DNA of 64,000 nucleotides from an uncultured Alphaproteobacteria bacterium (GTDB lineage Bacteria; Pseudomonadota; Alphaproteobacteria; RF32; CAG-239): NCBI GenBank assembly GCA_944390315.1, contig CALXPO010000025.1, positions 73,286 to 137,285 of the forward strand, read 5' to 3'. Shown piece by piece: positions 60,443 to 64,000 of this stretch (position 1 is its first letter; each line of letters starts with the position of its first letter). The notes under the pieces were generated by a model. It saw only the letters and a program-made list of their open reading frames with translations, ran no database searches and was not told where the DNA came from. The position numbers and the translations under genes were made by a program.

Positions 60443-62032
60443 CTACTTCATTTTATATATTTGATAGGATTTATTTTCAAAAATTAACTCTGAATAAGGA
60501 GAAAAACAATCATTTTTAAATTGTTTATTGACAATTATATATTCTCCTGTTTGAGGTTCTGCCTGTTTTGTGGGAAAATATACAGTATTATCATTCAATT
60601 TTGGTTTAATGGTATAATTTGTTTTAAATGTTATTTGTGTATCCGGATATAGATATTTCATAGCCGAATTAAAACACTCAAATTTCCATAATTCATTATT
60701 GTCATTGAGACAGACATAAAAAATTCTTGGTTGTAAGGACGCTGCCATGGATGCTAATTGGGCACGATCTTTACCTGTTTCTTTGTTCCAAACGGATATA
60801 TTAATTCCTGCAGACGCAATAACAACAGCCGGAATAACAAAAAATAAACTTTTGTTACTATTCTGAAAAATATAATAGGTCATAAAAATGCAAGGCAAAT
60901 ACATATACCATGTTTTATAGGTATCCGGAAAACAAGCTATACGGATATAGAAGATAACAAATACCAATATAAGGACACTTCCGAGTAATGTTCCTTCTTC
61001 CATAAGACAAAGGCTCTGCCCCTGTCGATTAAACATTTTGCGTAAAAAGGCTATAATTGCTATTATACAAATCAAAATTTCCAAGGCATTTATTTCTACA
61101 AGTTGCCCTAAGTCTTTTTGGTGATGACGTACATAAGCACCGTCTGTCAACAAATCTCTCAGTAAAAAATAATAAATTGAAAAAAGCAGCATACTGATAA
61201 ATAAAAGGTATTCAACAGGCATGTTGCGAAGCGTTTTAATAGGGGTTACAAAAGATTTAAGTGTAATTTGTTCATTGAAGACTTTGGTCAAAACCAAAAA
61301 GAGCAATATTCCGAAATAGAATAGAATATTTGTTTCTTTGGTATATAGAGCCAAGTTAACAAAAAAAGCGAAGCCAAAAAGAGTACCGAACTCTATTTTC
61401 TTTGCAATTTTTTTCATAAAATACAGACTAATAAAAACACAAATTAAAGTATTTTGTTCAGAGTAGACAATGCTGTTTACCCAAAAAATCGCCGGCAAAA
61501 AATTAATAACGGCTAACATAACCAAACGTCTTGTCGGCGAAAGCCCCGTCAAACAAACATACATTAACCCTAAACACAATAATTGCTTTAGTATAACCCA
61601 GATGGCAACCGCAATATAATTGTGGCTGATACCGTAAACAATATTGTGATCAATACCCGCAATCGGATTAAAGCGCATCGAATTAATAATAGGTAATGTT
61701 CCTCGGTGCATATCGCTTATGTTATTGCTGACCATCTGATCATAATTGTTGAAAATCCCCAAATCTAAACTGAAAATATTTATAATATACAAAGCAACAG
61801 ATAAAACAAAAATAACCTTTGCTGTCGTATTGGGAGAATCTTGTTTTATGTTATTATAATTTATCCGGATGTTTTCCCCAAAAAAACAAAAGCGGACAAT
61901 CAGACAGTTAAATGCCAAGAAAATCAAAGTAAATAAAAAATACCATATAAAACCATCATACATGAAATAAAAACGAAAATTATTCCATATATTATCGAGG
62001 ATATTATCACGTAAGAAGGGGATTTCATGCAT
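60443..62032 (-). CDS. Polytopic membrane glycosyltransferase-like protein, paralog B
   Basis: 529 aa with the same architecture as paralog A. Its stop is 3 nt from the GT2 gene upstream. Confidence 0.5.
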   Translation of the reverse strand: MHEIPFLRDNILDNIWNNFRFYFMYDGFIWYFLFTLIFLAFNCLIVRFCFFGENIRINYNNIKQDSPNTTAKVIFVLSVALYIINIFSLDLGIFNNYDQMVSNNISDMHRGTLPIINSMRFNPIAGIDHNIVYGISHNYIAVAIWVILKQLLCLGLMYVCLTGLSPTRRLVMLAVINFLPAIFWVNSIVYSEQNTLICVFISLYFMKKIAKKIEFGTLFGFAFFVNLALYTKETNILFYFGILLFLVLTKVFNEQITLKSFVTPIKTLRNMPVEYLLFISMLLFSIYYFLLRDLLTDGAYVRHHQKDLGQLVEINALEILICIIAIIAFLRKMFNRQGQSLCLMEEGTLLGSVLILVFVIFYIRIACFPDTYKTWYMYLPCIFMTYYIFQNSNKSLFFVIPAVVIASAGINISVWNKETGKDRAQLASMAASLQPRIFYVCLNDNNELWKFECFNSAMKYLYPDTQITFKTNYTIKPKLNDNTVYFPTKQAEPQTGEYIIVNKQFKNDCFSPYSELIFENKSYQIYKMK

Positions 62033-62035
62033 TGT

Positions 62036-62848
62036 TTATTTCTTTGGCAAAAAGATATCCAACCGCAATTTGCGAAGCATTATCAACCAATAGGGATAAG
62101 GACGATAGTTTTTGATATTTAAAAATTTTCGAATATCTTGTTTTACCCGAGCATCAGCCTCTTTCATAGCCTGTTTCTTCTGAATTGAAATATTTTCATT
62201 ATGCAGTTGATATTCGAACAAAACTTTTTGAATATTTCTTATTTTGAGACCTTTGGCTAATACTTGTCTTAATAAATCATAATCTTCCGCAACGGCAAAT
62301 TTGGGATTGTAGCTGATACCATTCAACTCAAAATCTTTTTTTCTTATCATCATGGACGAATGCATGCAAGTGTTGCCGCGTAATGTTTCTTCCATAGTTA
62401 CGACTTCAGGTTGGCACCATACCCAACCCATGTTAATGATAAATTTTCTTATTTTTGATTGTAAGGTTGGAGCGGGCATATGATTAAACAATCTTCCCCA
62501 AGAACCAACTATGGTGACATCAGGATGTTCATCCATATATTTAACTTGTTCCTCTAAGCGCTCAGGCATACAAAGATTGTCGCTGTCTACCAAAGCCAGA
62601 TACTCACCTTGCGCCAACTCATTAAGTTTATTGTGACTGATTGGAATACCAAGATTTTTTCCATTAGAATAATATCTTATTCTTTTATCGCTATAAGTTT
62701 TAACAATATTTTCCGAATTATCCGTAGAGCCGTCGTTTAACAAAATCAGCTCAAAATCGTTATAAGATTGTTTTAAGACACTCTCTATACATGGACCTAA
62801 AAAAGCCTCAGAATTATAAAAAGGAATCAGAACCGAAACTTTTACCAT
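62036..62848 (-). CDS. Family 2 glycosyltransferase
   Basis: VSVLIPFYNSEAFLGPCIESVLKQSY.DFELILLNDGSTDNS...LVDSDN has GT2 DXD features. 270 aa with no TM segment. Confidence 0.75.
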   Translation of the reverse strand: MVKVSVLIPFYNSEAFLGPCIESVLKQSYNDFELILLNDGSTDNSENIVKTYSDKRIRYYSNGKNLGIPISHNKLNELAQGEYLALVDSDNLCMPERLEEQVKYMDEHPDVTIVGSWGRLFNHMPAPTLQSKIRKFIINMGWVWCQPEVVTMEETLRGNTCMHSSMMIRKKDFELNGISYNPKFAVAEDYDLLRQVLAKGLKIRNIQKVLFEYQLHNENISIQKKQAMKEADARVKQDIRKFLNIKNYRPYPYWLIMLRKLRLDIFLPKK

Positions 62849-63289
62849 TTTATACCTCTTGAAATAACATATATGTCATACAATTAACATAACGAATTAT
62901 ATTTGTCGAGATTTCTGATATGTATACACATAACCTTATTTTATTTAGCTTCTATATAATAGATTTTGTATATTCTATTTTCATAGACTTTGCGATAAAT
63001 CGATGCCGGTTGGCGGAGCAAAACGTATTTGATAAAAAATAGGGATATTCCCATTATACATATTTTGTGTAGCATTATCCGACATAAGGTATTCTTGTTG
63101 AATAAAGGTTCGTATCTCATAAGTTGCCTATTATATTTTCAGATATATTAGCAGATTTCAAAAAGTGACTAATCTTGCACATTCTTTCAATAGTTATTGA
63201 ATATTCCTTACATATGTTTATTATCATAATTATATATGATTGTTGACCTTGGTGTTCGACATGCACACAAACATTTGAAGGAAAATATT

Positions 63290-64000
63290 ATGAAAAGATT
63301 GCTGATTGTTGTTCCCTGTTATAACGAAGAAGAAGTTTTGCCCGATACCATAAAAAAATTGAAAAATTTGCTAAAACGTATGATAAAGCAGCAACTGATT
63401 AATGACAGCAGTCAAATATGCTTTGTCGATGATGGAAGTATTGATAATACTTGGACAATCATAGAGAAAGAATGTCATTCTTCCAAGCAGATAGAAGGTA
63501 TAAAATTATCTCGGAATTTTGGACATCAAAGTGCTATTTTGGCAGGTATGCTAGACAACAATGCCGATTGGTATGTTACAATTGATGCTGATTTACAAGA
63601 TAATCCGGAATGTATCATTGAAATGATAAAAAAAGCTCAAAATGGTTGTGAAATCGTTTATGGCGTGAGAAAAGAAAGGACGTCAGATAGTTGGTTCAAA
63701 CGCGTTACGGCGCAAATGTTCTATAAACTAATGGCTCTCTTAGGAGTTAATATCATCTATAATCATGCCGATTTCAGATTGATGAGCAAACGTGTCGTCA
63801 ATGAACTTAAAAAATTTCCGGAACGCAACCTTTTCTTACGTGCCGTTGTTCCTTTGATTGGTTTCAAATCTGATAAAGTTTTTTATGATCGCACACCAAG
63901 GCTTGCCGGAACAACAAAATATCCTTTGAAGAAAATGCTGGCTTTTGCATGGAATGGTATTTCCAGTTTTTCCATTGTTCCGCTTCGGATGGTAACTTGT
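63290..64000 (+). CDS. GtrB/ArnC/DPM1-like polyprenyl-phosphate glycosyltransferase (GT2), N-terminal 237 codons. The 3' end lies beyond the window.
   Basis: Not in the ORF track because it runs off the edge. ATG at 63290 after gaaggaaaat. LIVVPCYNEEEVL...FVDDGSIDNT...IKLSRNFGHQSAIL.G...ADWYVTIDADLQD matches bactoprenol glucosyltransferases. Divergent from the GT2 gene at 62036-62848. Confidence 0.7.
   Translation, partial: MKRLLIVVPCYNEEEVLPDTIKKLKNLLKRMIKQQLINDSSQICFVDDGSIDNTWTIIEKECHSSKQIEGIKLSRNFGHQSAILAGMLDNNADWYVTIDADLQDNPECIIEMIKKAQNGCEIVYGVRKERTSDSWFKRVTAQMFYKLMALLGVNIIYNHADFRLMSKRVVNELKKFPERNLFLRAVVPLIGFKSDKVFYDRTPRLAGTTKYPLKKMLAFAWNGISSFSIVPLRMVTC

Overview
This 64 kb window looks like chromosomal DNA from an AT-rich, host-associated alphaproteobacterium of the Rhizobiales type (Bartonella/Liberibacter-like). 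That placement rests on gene content (hdaA, a CckA-like hybrid kinase, mipZ, a two-piece tmRNA next to the alpha-type sspB) and is inference only. Genes are densely packed on both strands, and most are housekeeping. They cover DNA metabolism (mutL, recO, parC, recJ, folA, thyA, hdaA), central metabolism (pgm, pgi, trxB), translation (rpsD, rlmE, rsmB-like, three tRNAs, tmRNA), the envelope (anmK, a SPOR-type D-Ala-D-Ala carboxypeptidase, lspA, an M16 peptidase pair, eptA-like, an OmpA-family lipoprotein, fadL, aas) and transport (nhaA, mgtE, a YejEF-like ABC pair, an MFS sugar transporter, a SemiSWEET). Several things stand out against that background. (1) A roughly 120-150 bp intergenic repeat family with an internal hairpin occurs in at least six copies. 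(2) A Gtr-like glycan-modification locus at the 3' end carries two tandem paralogous polytopic glycosyltransferase-like proteins; a second glycosyltransferase operon runs off the 5' edge and was missed by the ORF track. (3) A YejEF-like ABC permease/ATPase pair is coupled to an uncharacterised membrane protein of about 680 aa instead of a binding protein and second permease. (4) A 555-aa secreted orphan protein carries an HExxH motif. (5) Two Ppx/GppA paralogs sit in tandem. (6) Several small orphan gene islets lie beside tRNA genes or repeat copies. No CRISPR array, rRNA or intact IS/prophage was seen. Every family assignment comes from reading the translated ORFs for motifs, not from database searches.
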